DNA from: an uncultured delta proteobacterium
Lineage (GTDB): Bacteria > Desulfobacterota > Desulfobacteria > Desulfobacterales > Desulfatirhabdiaceae
Assembly (NCBI GenBank): GCA_963789395.1
Contig: CAWBKP010000013.1
Span: 128,001-192,000 of the forward strand
Reading direction: 5' to 3'
Length of the DNA stretch: 64,000 nucleotides
The notes under the pieces are model-generated. The model was not told where the DNA came from, did no database searches, and saw nothing but the letters and a program-made list of their open reading frames with translations. A program made the position numbers and the translations under genes. Position 1 is the first letter of the stretch; each line of letters starts with the position of its first letter. Below, one piece after another: positions 30,791 to 40,707 of this stretch.

Positions 30791-31588
30791 TTAATTGGAG
30801 ACTGCTATACCTGCAATACGTCCGGCAGACGCCGCTTTTTCAAGGGCATCGCAAACAGATTCCATCTCCGGGATTTCCGGGTCAAGCGGGTTTCCTTTCA
30901 GATTGTTCAAGAAAATGGAGCGGGTATCCGGCAGGCGTCCGATAATGGCAACACTGTCGAGGGCCTGGCTCAGCTCATTTTCAGCTTCTGGAATCAACCG
31001 GTTCAGAACAAAGGATACCGCCAGATTTGCCTCCCCGGCAAAGGCATTTACCCGTTTGGCCATCATCATGGATTCAAAGGAAGGATCCACCACACACAGG
31101 AGGTGATCGCACAGTCCGTCCAGGCTGCGCCCGAAATGCTCCACTCCGGCTGCGGTATCCACAATTACCAGATCCTGCTGGTCGAAGCGGAGGCATGAAA
31201 ACAGCAACCGGAACAGGTTTCCCATGGGACAGGCGCAGCCTTCTCCAAAGTGGTGGATTTTTCCCACGGACATCGCCCGTATCCCGTCTAATGATGCGAT
31301 ACAGGCATCTGGCAGTTCATCAATGCCCAGATTCTTTGGAAACAGTTGCGGTGATCCGTTAAAGCCGGTCCCGGATGCCTTTGTCTTTTCCCTGAATCCT
31401 TTTTTCCCGCCCAGAAAATCCATCAGCGATTCCGGCATCTCCATCCCGAGCATGCGGTACAAACCGATATTCGATTCATCCGCATCCACGAGAAAAACCC
31501 TCCGGCCTCTCCGTTGCATGGCTTTTGCCAGGAGAGCCGCCACCGTACTTTTGCCACAGCCGCCTTTTCCGCAGATCAGTAATTTCAT
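30791..31588 (-). CDS. CooC-like Ni-insertion ATPase
   Basis: CGKGGCGKST, VDADES, GEGCAC, DTAAGVEHFGR. Confidence 0.85.
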   Translation of the reverse strand: MKLLICGKGGCGKSTVAALLAKAMQRRGRRVFLVDADESNIGLYRMLGMEMPESLMDFLGGKKGFREKTKASGTGFNGSPQLFPKNLGIDELPDACIASLDGIRAMSVGKIHHFGEGCACPMGNLFRLLFSCLRFDQQDLVIVDTAAGVEHFGRSLDGLCDHLLCVVDPSFESMMMAKRVNAFAGEANLAVSFVLNRLIPEAENELSQALDSVAIIGRLPDTRSIFLNNLKGNPLDPEIPEMESVCDALEKAASAGRIAGIAVSN

Positions 31589-31650
31589 GGTTTTTGAAAT
31601 ATTCCTTTATCCATTTGACGCCATTGCGTAATCATCAACAGGATTTCTCA

Positions 31651-32167
31651 CTATGCGGAAACAGAATAAAATCCGGAAATGATCTCACCGACATACATGC
31701 GGTGGTAATCTTTTTCCGGATAATTGGCCGAAATCTCCGGATCAAGAAAATTAGCGGGCTCCAGGTCCTGGTAATACACTTTTCTGCACTCGATAACCAG
31801 CCTGGCTTCTGCAAAATATATGGAGCCGCTTTTCGTTTCAGCCGGTGTGATACCGGTTTCTTTGACCTTGTCGCAGTCTCGTCCCGATTTGGTTCCGCAT
31901 AGATTCAAAACTGACTTATATTTCCGGTCAAAGAACGACAGTGTAAAGGTATTTGATTTTTCGATAAATCCATAGGTGTATCGGGTTGGTCTGATAAAAA
32001 TAAAGCATACGTTTTTACTCCATAAAACCCCCAGGCCACCCCAGGATGCCGTCATCATGTTAAACGATTCTTTATTCGCCGGCGGTTACCAGCATCCACT
32101 CGGCGCCGATAAGCTTAAAGACATTGTCGTCAATTTCTTCCGGTGTAATTATTCTGTAATCAGGCAT
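31651..32167 (-). CDS. Flavin reductase-like FMN-binding protein, with apparent +1 frameshift near 32077
   Basis: MPDYRIITPEEIDDNVFKLIGAEWMLVTAG/NKESFNMMTASWGG...RPTRYT...CGTKSGRD...DYH..YVGEI. Confidence 0.85.
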
Positions 32168-32240
32168 GTTCTTTCCTCCTGGTGATTCATTTGATTTCTG
32201 GAGCAAGAATCATTGTAAGGTTTCCTTCATCAACGGGATG

Positions 32241-32940
32241 TTATTTTTGCTTTCCCGCTCCTTTCTCCAGTCCCTTCAGGAATTCACCCATTTTCTGCCC
32301 CGCTTCTTCGGGCGTCAGTTGATCTACCTGTTTAACGGTCTTCTGGAACTGGTCAAGCTGGCTGGTTATCCTGCGGGCAGCCATCTGTGAAGAAATGCTG
32401 GAAAGGGCAAGCAGCGCTGCGATGATGCCGAATACTATCCAGGCCTTCTTGGCTTCAATCTTGTAAACTTCAACGCTGGCAATCACCAGCAGATACGTCA
32501 TCCAGCCGAGCCCCAGCACTGGCCCCAAATAAGGAATAATACCCAGAAGTGTTGTCAGCGGGGAGATGGCGGCAGCATAAGCGCCGCATCGGAAAGCGGT
32601 TTCAAACGGTTCCTGGGAACCCAGCAATTTCCAGATAACGTATAAGATGGCCGCGGAAACGAAACCAAAAAAAGCAGTTGCGATCGGGACAAAGATGATA
32701 AAAGCCAATGCCATCGAAAATGATGCCACATGGCCCACACCGAAGATCGATAAAAGTCGCCTGCAAAATGCCGCCAACGCCACCTATCAGGGCCAGAAAA
32801 ATAAGCGGCTCTATCAGCCCCCCCGTTTTGGGCATGGTCCTGAAAAAACCGATCGGGTTGGTGATCACAGAAATGGCAGTGGTCACAGATGACGCAATCT
32901 GTTCTTGAAGGTTTATTTCAGAAAAAGTTTTGTTTTCCAT
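32241..32940 (-). CDS. Yip1-family membrane protein, with apparent +1 frameshift near 32758
   Basis: VITNP.GFF..MPKTGG..EPLIF joins a multi-TM ORF (FETAFRC.AY, IPYLG). Confidence 0.75.
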
Positions 32941-33017
32941 TTTTGGTTTCCTCGCTTTTCGTCATGTTGATATTAACGGTTATATTTTGCCAGAGAGTGT
33001 GGGAATATACACAATTT

Positions 33018-33162
33018 GAACTGCTTGTAAAAGTACCTCAGTTCGTCACCCCGGTGAAAACCGGGGTCCAGTAATTTGGCAACTATCTGAACGTACTGGA
33101 TTCCGGCTTTCGCCGGAATGACGGGATCGGTATTGATTTTTGGCTTTTTGTGAAATCATCAA
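33018..33162. repeat. REPIN/MITE-like element (same family as 1657-1788)
   Basis: GTCACCCCGGTGAAAACCGGGGTCCAG...CTGGATTCCGGCTTTCGCCGGAATGACG inverted REP pair. Confidence 0.8.
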
Positions 33163-33171
33163 CTTTAAGAT

Positions 33172-33346
33172 TTCGGGCATTGATCATCGTTTCGGCCACT
33201 GTAAAGAATACTCGTCTCCCCCCCTTTGAAAAAGGGGGGCCAGGGGGGATTTCATGATTGCGGTAATTTAAGCCCCGTTTTCAAATCCCCCTTAATCCCC
33301 CCTTTTCCAAAGGGGGAAATACTGCATTGATGATGATCAAGGCCGA
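33172..33346. repeat. Second REP-type element: inverted pair of C/G-run hairpins inside outer inverted repeats
   Basis: CCCCCCTTTGAAAAAGGGGGGCCAGGGGGGATTT...AAATCCCCCTTAATCCCCCCTTTTCCAAAGGGGG, flanked by TTGATCATC / GATGATCAA. Confidence 0.75.
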
Positions 33347-33400
33347 TTTTCGCGTTCTGGGTCATTATTTCGGATTTCGAATTTACATATTTTGGTCATT

Positions 33401-33532
33401 GGAACCGCTTGCAAAAGTACCGCAGTTCATCACCCCGGTGAAAACCGGGGTCCAGAAGCCATGAATTCACTGGATACCGGCTTTCGCCGGTATGACGGAA
33501 GAGGCAATTTGAAAGGGTTTTGCAAGAGGCTC
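33401..33532. repeat. REPIN/MITE-like element (same family as 1657-1788)
   Basis: Ends CTTGCAAAA and TTTTGCAAGAGGCTC. Shares a 39-nt exact match with 1682-1720. Confidence 0.85.
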
Positions 33533-33587
33533 AATTTATATATTTATTTATGTCCCTTCAATCTCCATAGCTTGACCCCGCCCATTT

Positions 33588-33802
33588 CAATGGAATTTTC
33601 AATTTTTTTCTTAAGTATTCTGCCAATCAACAAAAATTTCCTCACCATTACTGATTCTGTTTTCTCTGTCGTTCAATACTTTTTCGCGTCAAGGTGGGGA
33701 TGCAATTCGATCTGTGTTTTTACATAAGTCATCCCGAATAGTTTCCATAATCTGAAATTTCTCTTCAATCGACAATTTCTCTACAGATAAAGCGCTTCCC
33801 AT
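33588..33802 (-). pseudogene. Decayed putative addiction-module antitoxin (TIGR02574-like)
   Basis: MGSALSVEKLSIEEKFQIMETIRDDLCKNTDRIASPP*REKVLNDRENRISNGEEIFVDWQNT*. TGA at 33689-33691 sits where this family usually has Trp, with a second stop at 33611-33613. No toxin partner. Confidence 0.7.
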
Positions 33803-34000
33803 TTCTTCTTCACCTTTGCAGACAAGATATTCAATTTGAATAACATATGCTTATCAAAAAGAAAACATCCATAAATGAGATTACGAAAAGGACTGGGCGG
33901 AATTAAAGCATAAATACCTTGACAGCTACAATGTAGCCTAGTAATGATGAGACGGCTTGGTAAAAGGGATCGGGTAACTCGGAAGGATGCCGGACGGAAA

Positions 34001-34039
34001 AAATCAAAAAGGGGTTATGACTTTCGTCACAACCCCTTG
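34001..34039 (-). terminator. Rho-independent terminator after tRNA-Val
   Basis: AAGGGGTTATGAC-TTTC-GTCACAACCCCTT hairpin followed by a T-rich tract on the minus strand. Confidence 0.8.
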
Positions 34040-34046
34040 AATTTGC

Positions 34047-34121
34047 TGGTGGGCGGTAAAGGATTTGAACCTTCGACTTCTACCGTGTGAAGGTAGCACT
34101 CTCCCGCTGAGTTAACCGCCC
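34047..34121 (-). tRNA. tRNA-Val(CAC)
   Basis: GGGCGGTTAACTCAGCGGGAGAGTGCTACCTT-CAC-ACGGTAGAAGTCGAAGGTTCAAATCCTTTACCGCCCACCA. 75 nt cloverleaf with encoded CCA. Confidence 0.97.
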
Positions 34122-34206
34122 TGATTGATGTCCTTTAAATAACGATATTGTGCCCCTGAAGTCAAGCGTTTTCATCTAAAAGGGGTATAAAATTTATCGG
34201 GAAACG

Positions 34207-34761
34207 TCATTCAGGGACGTCAACGGCCGGTTTGCCCAGATCCGAAATGTCCTTGGGTGCCGGAAGATCTTTGATATCTTTCAGCCCGAACAGTTCCAGG
34301 AAATGCCGTGTGGTGGCATAGATCAGGGGCCTTCCGGGGAGTTCTTTTCTTCCCTGGATTTTGATCAGCTTTCTGTCCAGAAGCATCCGGATAATACCGC
34401 CGGCGTCCACACCGCGTATGTGCTCGATATCGCTTCGCATGATCGGCTGCTTGTAGGCGATGATTGCCAGGGTTTCCAGGGCGGCCGGACTCAGGCGCTG
34501 CGCGGATGGCTGGATGATTTTCCGGACCCACTCGGCATATTCCGGACGGGTTCGGAGCTGATATCCGCCGGCAACTTCCACCAGACAGATGCCGCCTTCT
34601 CGATGGTCGTAATCGTCCTTGAGCGTTTGAATGGCAGCTTTAATATCCTTGGCGTCGGTTGATGGAAGTGCCGACTTCATTTTTTCAAGGCTCAGCGGTT
34701 CTTCCGAGACAAAGAGAAAGCTTTCAATGATAAACTTCAGTTCCGGCATGGGGTCTTTCAT
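34207..34761 (-). CDS. scpB: SMC-Scp complex subunit ScpB
   Basis: IESFLFVS, LS.AALETLAIIAYKQP, IRGVD, PGRP..Y.TT..FL..FGL. Confidence 0.95.
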   Translation of the reverse strand: MKDPMPELKFIIESFLFVSEEPLSLEKMKSALPSTDAKDIKAAIQTLKDDYDHREGGICLVEVAGGYQLRTRPEYAEWVRKIIQPSAQRLSPAALETLAIIAYKQPIMRSDIEHIRGVDAGGIIRMLLDRKLIKIQGRKELPGRPLIYATTRHFLELFGLKDIKDLPAPKDISDLGKPAVDVPE

Positions 34762-35467
34762 TCAGATACAAGGTGATGATGCCGGTGTCGGCGTGCTGGA
34801 TAACGCCGGCGGCATTGCGTTTAACCATTTCCAGAATGGCCAGGAAGGTGACGATGATATCGGCCTTTCCGGCAGCGTCGCTGATCAGTTCCTGAAAGAT
34901 CAGGGGGCCCTTGACTTTCAGTATCCGGATGAGTTCCGTCATGCGATCCTGAATGGACAGCTTATCGGCGACCAAATCCAGGGAAATATCCGGGGCCAGG
35001 TTGTCAAGAATCCGCTGAAAGGCTTTGATCAGTTCGAATATATCCACCTGGATTTCGCGCTCCGGAAGGGTTCCGGGACTGGATGATTTTACCGGGGGCC
35101 GTATAAATGTATGTTCTCCCAGCAGCTCTTTTTCATTCAATTGCAGGGCGGCTGATTTCATTTGAAGGTATTCCAGGATCGGCCGGGTGATTTCCTGACG
35201 GGGATCTTCTTCATCGGAATCTTCATGAACCGGCAGCAGCATGCGGGATTTAATCTGGATAAGGGTTGCCGCCATCACCAGAAAATCGCCGGCAATATCG
35301 ACATTCATGGATTTCATCCATTCGATGTAATCCAGATACCGGTCGGTTATCAGTGAAATCGGGATGTCGTAGATATTGACTTCATTTTTTCGAATCAGAT
35401 AGACGAGAAGATCCATCGGACCTTCAAAAATATTTTCCAGTTGAACTTTATAGATGTCGCTGCCCAT
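34724..35467 (-). CDS. scpA: Segregation/condensation protein ScpA
   Basis: FEGPMDLLVYLI, FLVMAATL..IKSRMLLP, VTFLAILE. Adjacent to scpB. Confidence 0.95.
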   Translation of the reverse strand: MGSDIYKVQLENIFEGPMDLLVYLIRKNEVNIYDIPISLITDRYLDYIEWMKSMNVDIAGDFLVMAATLIQIKSRMLLPVHEDSDEEDPRQEITRPILEYLQMKSAALQLNEKELLGEHTFIRPPVKSSSPGTLPEREIQVDIFELIKAFQRILDNLAPDISLDLVADKLSIQDRMTELIRILKVKGPLIFQELISDAAGKADIIVTFLAILEMVKRNAAGVIQHADTGIITLYLNERPHAGTEVYH

Positions 35468-35591
35468 GAGATGAGTTGCCGATCTTAAATGTTTCATTGA
35501 TCATTACGAGACCGGCTTTTAAATGTCAACAGCAGACAGGTTAAAGGTGAGGGACTGTAGGCAATGGGGTGAAGGGATTTAGAAATTAACC

Positions 35592-36386
35592 ATGCCGGAT
35601 CACACAAATCGTCGTCACAGGGTAATCGCATTTTTATTCAGGTACGTGGTGGTGGTGCTCGCGATCTTTCTGTCCGGATGCGGCGGTGGGCATGAGTCGG
35701 TTCGGCATGCTCCGGCCTTGCTGCCGCCTCAAAAACGATTGCAGCGAATGGGCTATACCATCCAGGTCGGTGCGTTTGCTGTTGCGGGAAATGCGGCCCG
35801 GCTTTCCGATACGCTCTCCGGTCACGGGCTGGATGCCACCTATTTCAGGGCCGAGGATGGCCTGTTCAAGGTGCGTTTCGGGGACTTTGCCGCCAAAGAG
35901 GAGGCCCGGAAAGAGGCGGAGCGGTTACGGGCATCCGGAATCATCGAGGTGTTTTATATTGTCAGCCCCGGCGAATATGCCGTGGACCGGCAATCCAGCC
36001 TTGGAGAAGCTTATCTGCGGGATGAGCTGGTGAAAACCACGATGCGGTTTATAGACACGCCGTATTTGTGGGGAGGGACCTCGGCTGATACGGGATTTGA
36101 CTGCAGCGGGCTGACCATGACGGTTTATCAACTGAACGGCCTGAATCTTCCCAGAAACTCGCGGCGCCAGTTTGAAACGGGGCATCCGGTTCATCGCGAC
36201 AATCTGATGAAAGGGGATCTTGTTTTCTTCTCCAGTAACAAATGGGGCACGGTTACCCACGTAGGGGTTTATGCCGGCGATAACAAGTTTATTCATGCGC
36301 CCGGAAGGGGTCAAAAAATCCGCATTAATTCGCTTTCCGACCGGCATTATAATCAGCAGTATGTTGGCGCGAGATCGTATTTGTAA
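35592..36386 (+). CDS. SPOR plus NlpC/P60 lipoprotein (cell-wall peptidase)
   Basis: LSGC lipobox, YTIQVGAF SPOR motif, PYLWGG..GFDCSG, HVGVY..FIHAP. Confidence 0.92.
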   Translation: MPDHTNRRHRVIAFLFRYVVVVLAIFLSGCGGGHESVRHAPALLPPQKRLQRMGYTIQVGAFAVAGNAARLSDTLSGHGLDATYFRAEDGLFKVRFGDFAAKEEARKEAERLRASGIIEVFYIVSPGEYAVDRQSSLGEAYLRDELVKTTMRFIDTPYLWGGTSADTGFDCSGLTMTVYQLNGLNLPRNSRRQFETGHPVHRDNLMKGDLVFFSSNKWGTVTHVGVYAGDNKFIHAPGRGQKIRINSLSDRHYNQQYVGARSYL

Positions 36387-36498
36387 AGACAGGAGACAGA
36401 AGGCAACGGAAGCAAGTCAGACAACAGGTGCGATCGTTTCCTGAGACTTTTGGATTCTAACTATTGTATAATAATGATTTGACAAGGGGAGGGGTTAA

Positions 36499-38040
36499 AT
36501 GGCCTGCTGGATGAATCTTGGACAGAATCTTAAAATAAACGCCAGAAAATTTCCCAACACCGTTGCGCTTAAAGACAGAAACAGAAGCTTTACCTATCCG
36601 GAACTGAACCGGCGGGTCAACCGGCTTGCCAATGGCCTGATGTCCCTTGGGCTGAACAAGGGCGATAAGGTGGCTGTCTTTATGGAGAACAGCATCGAGA
36701 TCGTCGAGATTTTTCTGGCAACCGCCAAAACCGGCATTGTAATGGTGCCCATCAATTTCCGGCTCCTGGGAAAGGATGTGGCCTATATCGTCGACAATTC
36801 CGATGCCAAAGCCCTGATGGTGGATGATGAATTTGCGCCGGTCATTCAGGACATCAAAGCCGATCTCCGGCAGATTCCGGCTGAAAACTATATCGCGGTC
36901 GGCAAAGCGGTTCCGGGTTTCAGATCCTACGATCAGGTGATGGCTTCTGCCTCCGACAACGAACCGGATGCCGCGGTGAACCCGGAAGACACCTGGATTC
37001 TGATCTATACGTCCGGCACGACCGGCAAACCCAAAGGCGTGATCCGCTCCCACGAATCCCATATCGCATTTTACCTGATCAACGCCATTGATTTCGGGTT
37101 CAGCCACCATGACATCTGCATGAATGTCATGCCGCTCTGCCATATCAATTCAACCTATTTTACGTTCACCTTTCTTTACATCGGCGGGTCGGTCTATATC
37201 CATCCGGCCCGTTCGTTCCGGGGCGAAGAAATCCTGGAGATCATCGAGAGGGAAAAAATATCTTTTATCTCCCTGATCCCCACGCATTACAATCTGATCC
37301 TGAGCGTCTGCGAATCCGCCAGAACCTGCGATGTCAGCTCCATTAAAAAGCTGCTGTGCTCCTCGGCGCCGGTCCGAAAAAGCGTCAAGAAAGCCATCAT
37401 GGAGTTTTTCCCCGGAGTTGAGCTTTATGAAGGCTATGGTTCCACCGAAGCCGGCATTGTGACGGTCTTGAAGCCCGAAGACCAGCTCCGTAAGCTGGGC
37501 TCCATCGGTTACGAGTCTCTGGGAACGGATTTTATCCGGATTCTGGATGAAAACGGCAAGGAAGTGGCTCAAGGGCAGGTCGGCGAACTTTTCTCCAAAG
37601 GCCCCATGCTGTTTGACAGATATTACAAGCTTCCTGAGAAAACCGCCGGCGCCTTCAACAACGGATGGTTCAGCGCAGGCGATATGGCCAGGCGGGATGA
37701 AGACGGCTTTTATGAGATCGTGGACCGCAAAGACAACATGATCATAACCGGCGGCGAGCACGTTTACCCCAGCGAGGTTGAGGAAGTGATCGGGAACCAT
37801 CCGGATGTCTTTGATGTGGCCGTCATCAGCGTGCCGGATGAAAAATGGGGTGAGCTGGTCATGGCAGTGGTGGTCCCCCGAAACCCGGTTGATGAAAAAA
37901 AAATTATGGACTGGTGCAAGGAGAAAATGGCCGGCTATAAACGTCCCAAGAAAATCGTTTTCATCGTGCCGGAAGATATGCCCCGAACCGGAACAGGTAA
38001 AATACTCCACAGGGTTCTCAGGGAGCGTTATACGACATAA
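36499..38040 (+). CDS. Acyl-CoA synthetase (AMP-forming)
   Basis: YTSGTTGKPKG, YGSTEAG, SAGD, DRKDNMIITGGE, TGKI. Confidence 0.93.
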   Translation: MACWMNLGQNLKINARKFPNTVALKDRNRSFTYPELNRRVNRLANGLMSLGLNKGDKVAVFMENSIEIVEIFLATAKTGIVMVPINFRLLGKDVAYIVDNSDAKALMVDDEFAPVIQDIKADLRQIPAENYIAVGKAVPGFRSYDQVMASASDNEPDAAVNPEDTWILIYTSGTTGKPKGVIRSHESHIAFYLINAIDFGFSHHDICMNVMPLCHINSTYFTFTFLYIGGSVYIHPARSFRGEEILEIIEREKISFISLIPTHYNLILSVCESARTCDVSSIKKLLCSSAPVRKSVKKAIMEFFPGVELYEGYGSTEAGIVTVLKPEDQLRKLGSIGYESLGTDFIRILDENGKEVAQGQVGELFSKGPMLFDRYYKLPEKTAGAFNNGWFSAGDMARRDEDGFYEIVDRKDNMIITGGEHVYPSEVEEVIGNHPDVFDVAVISVPDEKWGELVMAVVVPRNPVDEKKIMDWCKEKMAGYKRPKKIVFIVPEDMPRTGTGKILHRVLRERYTT

Positions 38041-38076
38041 GTTGTTTGGTTGCGTGAACGGAACGGATTCCAAGTA

Positions 38077-38210
38077 TAAATTCGAAATTTGAAGCACGAA
38101 ATTCGAAACAATGACCAAAACTGGGTGTTTTCCAACAGGCAGCGTTCTTGTCATTTTGATATTGGAATTTTGAATTTGTTTCGGATTTCAATATTCAGTA
38201 TTCGGATCTT
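38077..38210. repeat. Intergenic heptamer-rich inverted-repeat element (TTCGAAA/TTTCGGA units)
   Basis: 36 nt (38154-38189) identical to 42583-42618. The left arm GAAATTCGAAACAA pairs with the right arm TTGTTTCGGATTTC. Confidence 0.75.
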
Positions 38211-38305
38211 GCCTGAACGCACTATCTTCCGTTCCGGCAAATTTAACAGAACAGAAAGGTTTAAAGAAAAGATTACCTATAACCTACAGAAGGAGGCAGT
38301 AAATC

Positions 38306-39496
38306 ATGTTGAGCAAAGCGTACATCCCGTATAAGGGCTATTACAGCTCCCCGTTTGCCAGGTGGCAGGGAAGCATGGCCAATGAACATGCCATCATCTT
38401 GGCTGCAGAAACGTCACAACGCTGGCTGGCTGAAAAAAAATGGGATCCCATGATGTTTGATTATTTGTTTCTGGGAATAACCATCGGGCAGCCCCAATGG
38501 TTTTACGGCAGCCCCTGGGCTGCGGCGCTGATCGGTGCCGTCAGCACGCCGGGAATGCTGATCAGCCAGGCCTGTACAACATCCACCACCTGTATTTTTC
38601 AGGCGGCTTCGGGCATCGAAACCGGGCTGTATCAAAACGTCTACTGCCTGATGACGGACCGGTGCTCCAACGGTCCCCATACCATCTGGCCCAATCCAAA
38701 CGGTCCCGGCGGCCAGGTCATTTCCGAGAACTGGATGATGGACAATTTCGGAAAAGATCCCTGGGCAAAGGGCGCCATGATCCAGACTGCGGAAAATGTG
38801 TGCAAGGAAGCCGGCATCACCCGTGAAGAGTGCGATGCCGTTGCCTTGAGACGTTATGAACAGTACATGGACGCATCGGCAAATGACAAGGCGTTTAAAA
38901 AACGCTACATGTTTCCGGTCGAGGTCAAGGTTTCCCGGAAAAAAACCATTCTGGTTGAAGACGATGAAGGCATTACGCCCTGCACCAAAGAAGGCCTGAT
39001 GAGCTTGAAGCCGGTTCTCCCGGACGGCGCCCATACCTTCGGTGCGCAGACTCACCCGGCGGACGGCAACTGCGCCGTCACCGTCACCACCCGCGAAAAG
39101 GCAAAAGAATTGAGCGCGGATGCCGGCGTTGAAATTCAGGTGGTGTCTTATGGCTTTTCCAGAGCCAAAAAAGGTTATATGGCGATGGCGGTTACCCCGG
39201 CTGTCAAAATGGCCCTTGAAAAAGCGGGCATCGGCATCAAGGATGTCAAAGCCATCAAAACCCATAACCCGTTTGCCGCCAATGACGTCCACATGGCCAA
39301 GCAGCTGGGAATCGACGTGATGGGTTTCAACAACTACGGAAGTTCGCTGGTTTACGGACATCCCCAGGCCCCGACAGCCGGCCGGTGCATCATCGAAGGC
39401 ATCGAAGAAGTCGTCATGGCCGGAGGCGGGTATCTTCTCTGGGGCGGCTGTGCGGCCGGGGATACCGGCGCCGGATTGGTCCTGAAAATCGGATAG
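38306..39496 (+). CDS. Thiolase family protein (non-canonical HNPF variant)
   Basis: QACTTS active Cys, HPADG, KTHNPFA in place of NEAFA, GHP, GCAAG. Confidence 0.9.
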   Translation: MLSKAYIPYKGYYSSPFARWQGSMANEHAIILAAETSQRWLAEKKWDPMMFDYLFLGITIGQPQWFYGSPWAAALIGAVSTPGMLISQACTTSTTCIFQAASGIETGLYQNVYCLMTDRCSNGPHTIWPNPNGPGGQVISENWMMDNFGKDPWAKGAMIQTAENVCKEAGITREECDAVALRRYEQYMDASANDKAFKKRYMFPVEVKVSRKKTILVEDDEGITPCTKEGLMSLKPVLPDGAHTFGAQTHPADGNCAVTVTTREKAKELSADAGVEIQVVSYGFSRAKKGYMAMAVTPAVKMALEKAGIGIKDVKAIKTHNPFAANDVHMAKQLGIDVMGFNNYGSSLVYGHPQAPTAGRCIIEGIEEVVMAGGGYLLWGGCAAGDTGAGLVLKIG

Positions 39497-39552
39497 GAAG
39501 CCCGCGAATTTCCACAGCGTGTTTCTCATGTTCAGGGGAATTTTCTCCGCTG

Positions 39553-39597
39553 TATTCAATGATCTGAGAATGTAAACGGTTTTCAGATCATTGAATA
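39553..39597. terminator. Long perfect hairpin after the thiolase gene
   Basis: TATTCAATGATCTGA-N15-TCAGATCATTGAATA, 15-bp arms. No clear U-tract. Confidence 0.45.
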
Positions 39598-39753
39598 TCG
39601 TGCCTGCATGCCTTTTCTCTATTGACATCCCTTGTTTCATAGCCATATTTTCCATGGCATTTCAATTATCGACGCATGGTAACCGAATCCGCAGTGATTC
39701 GAATCGTAAATGGCGTTTTAAACCGTTCATCAGTTGTTATGGAGGAAAGAATC

Positions 39754-40599
39754 ATGGATTATATTTCTGGAGGCGGATGTCCCTCATCCGCAAAGAAAAA
39801 AGATCAGCATGCCGAACAGGACGCTTCCGTCAAGGGAGCTCTCGGGAAGATCAAACATAAATTCATTGTCATGAGCGGCAAGGGCGGGGTCGGCAAGTCA
39901 AGCACATCCGTTAACCTTGCGGTGGCGCTGGCCGGCAAAGGCTATCAGGTGGGCCTCATGGACGTTGACCTGCATGGACCGGATATTCCCCGCATGCTGG
40001 GGATCAAGGGGATGCTGGGAATGACGGAAAATCAGAAGCTCTGCCCCATGAAATACTCGGACAACCTGAAAGTGGTTTCCATTGAATCCCTGATGTCCGG
40101 AAAAGATGAAGCCATTATCTGGAGGGGGCCGGTAAAATATTCCGCCATCAAGCAGTTTATCGGGGATGTGGATTGGGGAGATCTGGATTATTTGATTATT
40201 GATTCACCGCCGGGTACGGGCGATGAACCCCTGACCATCGCCCAGACCATTTCGGATGCACAGGCCATTATCGTCACCACGCCGCAGGAAGTATCGCTGG
40301 CCGATGTCCGAAAATCCATCAGCTTCTGTAAAACCGTTAAAATGAATATTTTCGGGCTGATAGAAAACATGAGCGGGTATTCCTGTCCGCACTGCGGAGA
40401 GCATATCGATCTGTTCGGGTCCGGCGGCGGGGAGAAAACCGCGGATGATGCTGGCATTCTGTTTCTGGGAAAGATTCCCTTCGATCAGAAAGTGGTGACC
40501 TGCGGGGATACCGGCTGCGCCTTTCAGGAAACCTACAAGGAATCGCCGGTGACGCTGGCATTCAACAAGATTGCCGACAAAATGGCGGAGCTGAGTTAA
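39754..40599 (+). CDS. Mrp/NBP35 (ApbC) Fe-S cluster carrier ATPase
   Basis: SGKGGVGKS, DVDLHGP, WRGP, DSPPGTGD, ENMSGYSCPHC. Confidence 0.93.
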   Translation: MDYISGGGCPSSAKKKDQHAEQDASVKGALGKIKHKFIVMSGKGGVGKSSTSVNLAVALAGKGYQVGLMDVDLHGPDIPRMLGIKGMLGMTENQKLCPMKYSDNLKVVSIESLMSGKDEAIIWRGPVKYSAIKQFIGDVDWGDLDYLIIDSPPGTGDEPLTIAQTISDAQAIIVTTPQEVSLADVRKSISFCKTVKMNIFGLIENMSGYSCPHCGEHIDLFGSGGGEKTADDAGILFLGKIPFDQKVVTCGDTGCAFQETYKESPVTLAFNKIADKMAELS

Positions 40600-40707
40600 T
40601 TTCACGGGAGTCCGGAATCAGAAGCCTGGTCAGGCGGCTTCCCTGCGTTGCACCCTGACCATTCTTTTTCCGGTTTCAGTCTTTTTCCAGAGAATCCGGA
40701 GCTTGTC

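Noticed and set aside
33018..33532. Possible CRISPR array
   Set aside because: The repeats are inverted REP-type hairpins without regular unique spacers, and no cas genes are present.
33689..33691. In-frame TGA in the addiction-module ORF as a third selenocysteine
   Set aside because: It falls at a usual Trp position rather than Cys, no SECIS-like hairpin was noticed, and a second stop follows. It is better read as a pseudogene.
24544..34046. Intact genomic island or prophage at tRNA-Val
   Set aside because: No integrase, phage genes or duplicated tRNA 3' end found in the window.
38414..39655. Long antisense ORFs (also 19146-20285, 41145-42203, 55712-57070, 61164-62168)
   Set aside because: Shadow frames opposite well-supported genes, with no protein motifs.
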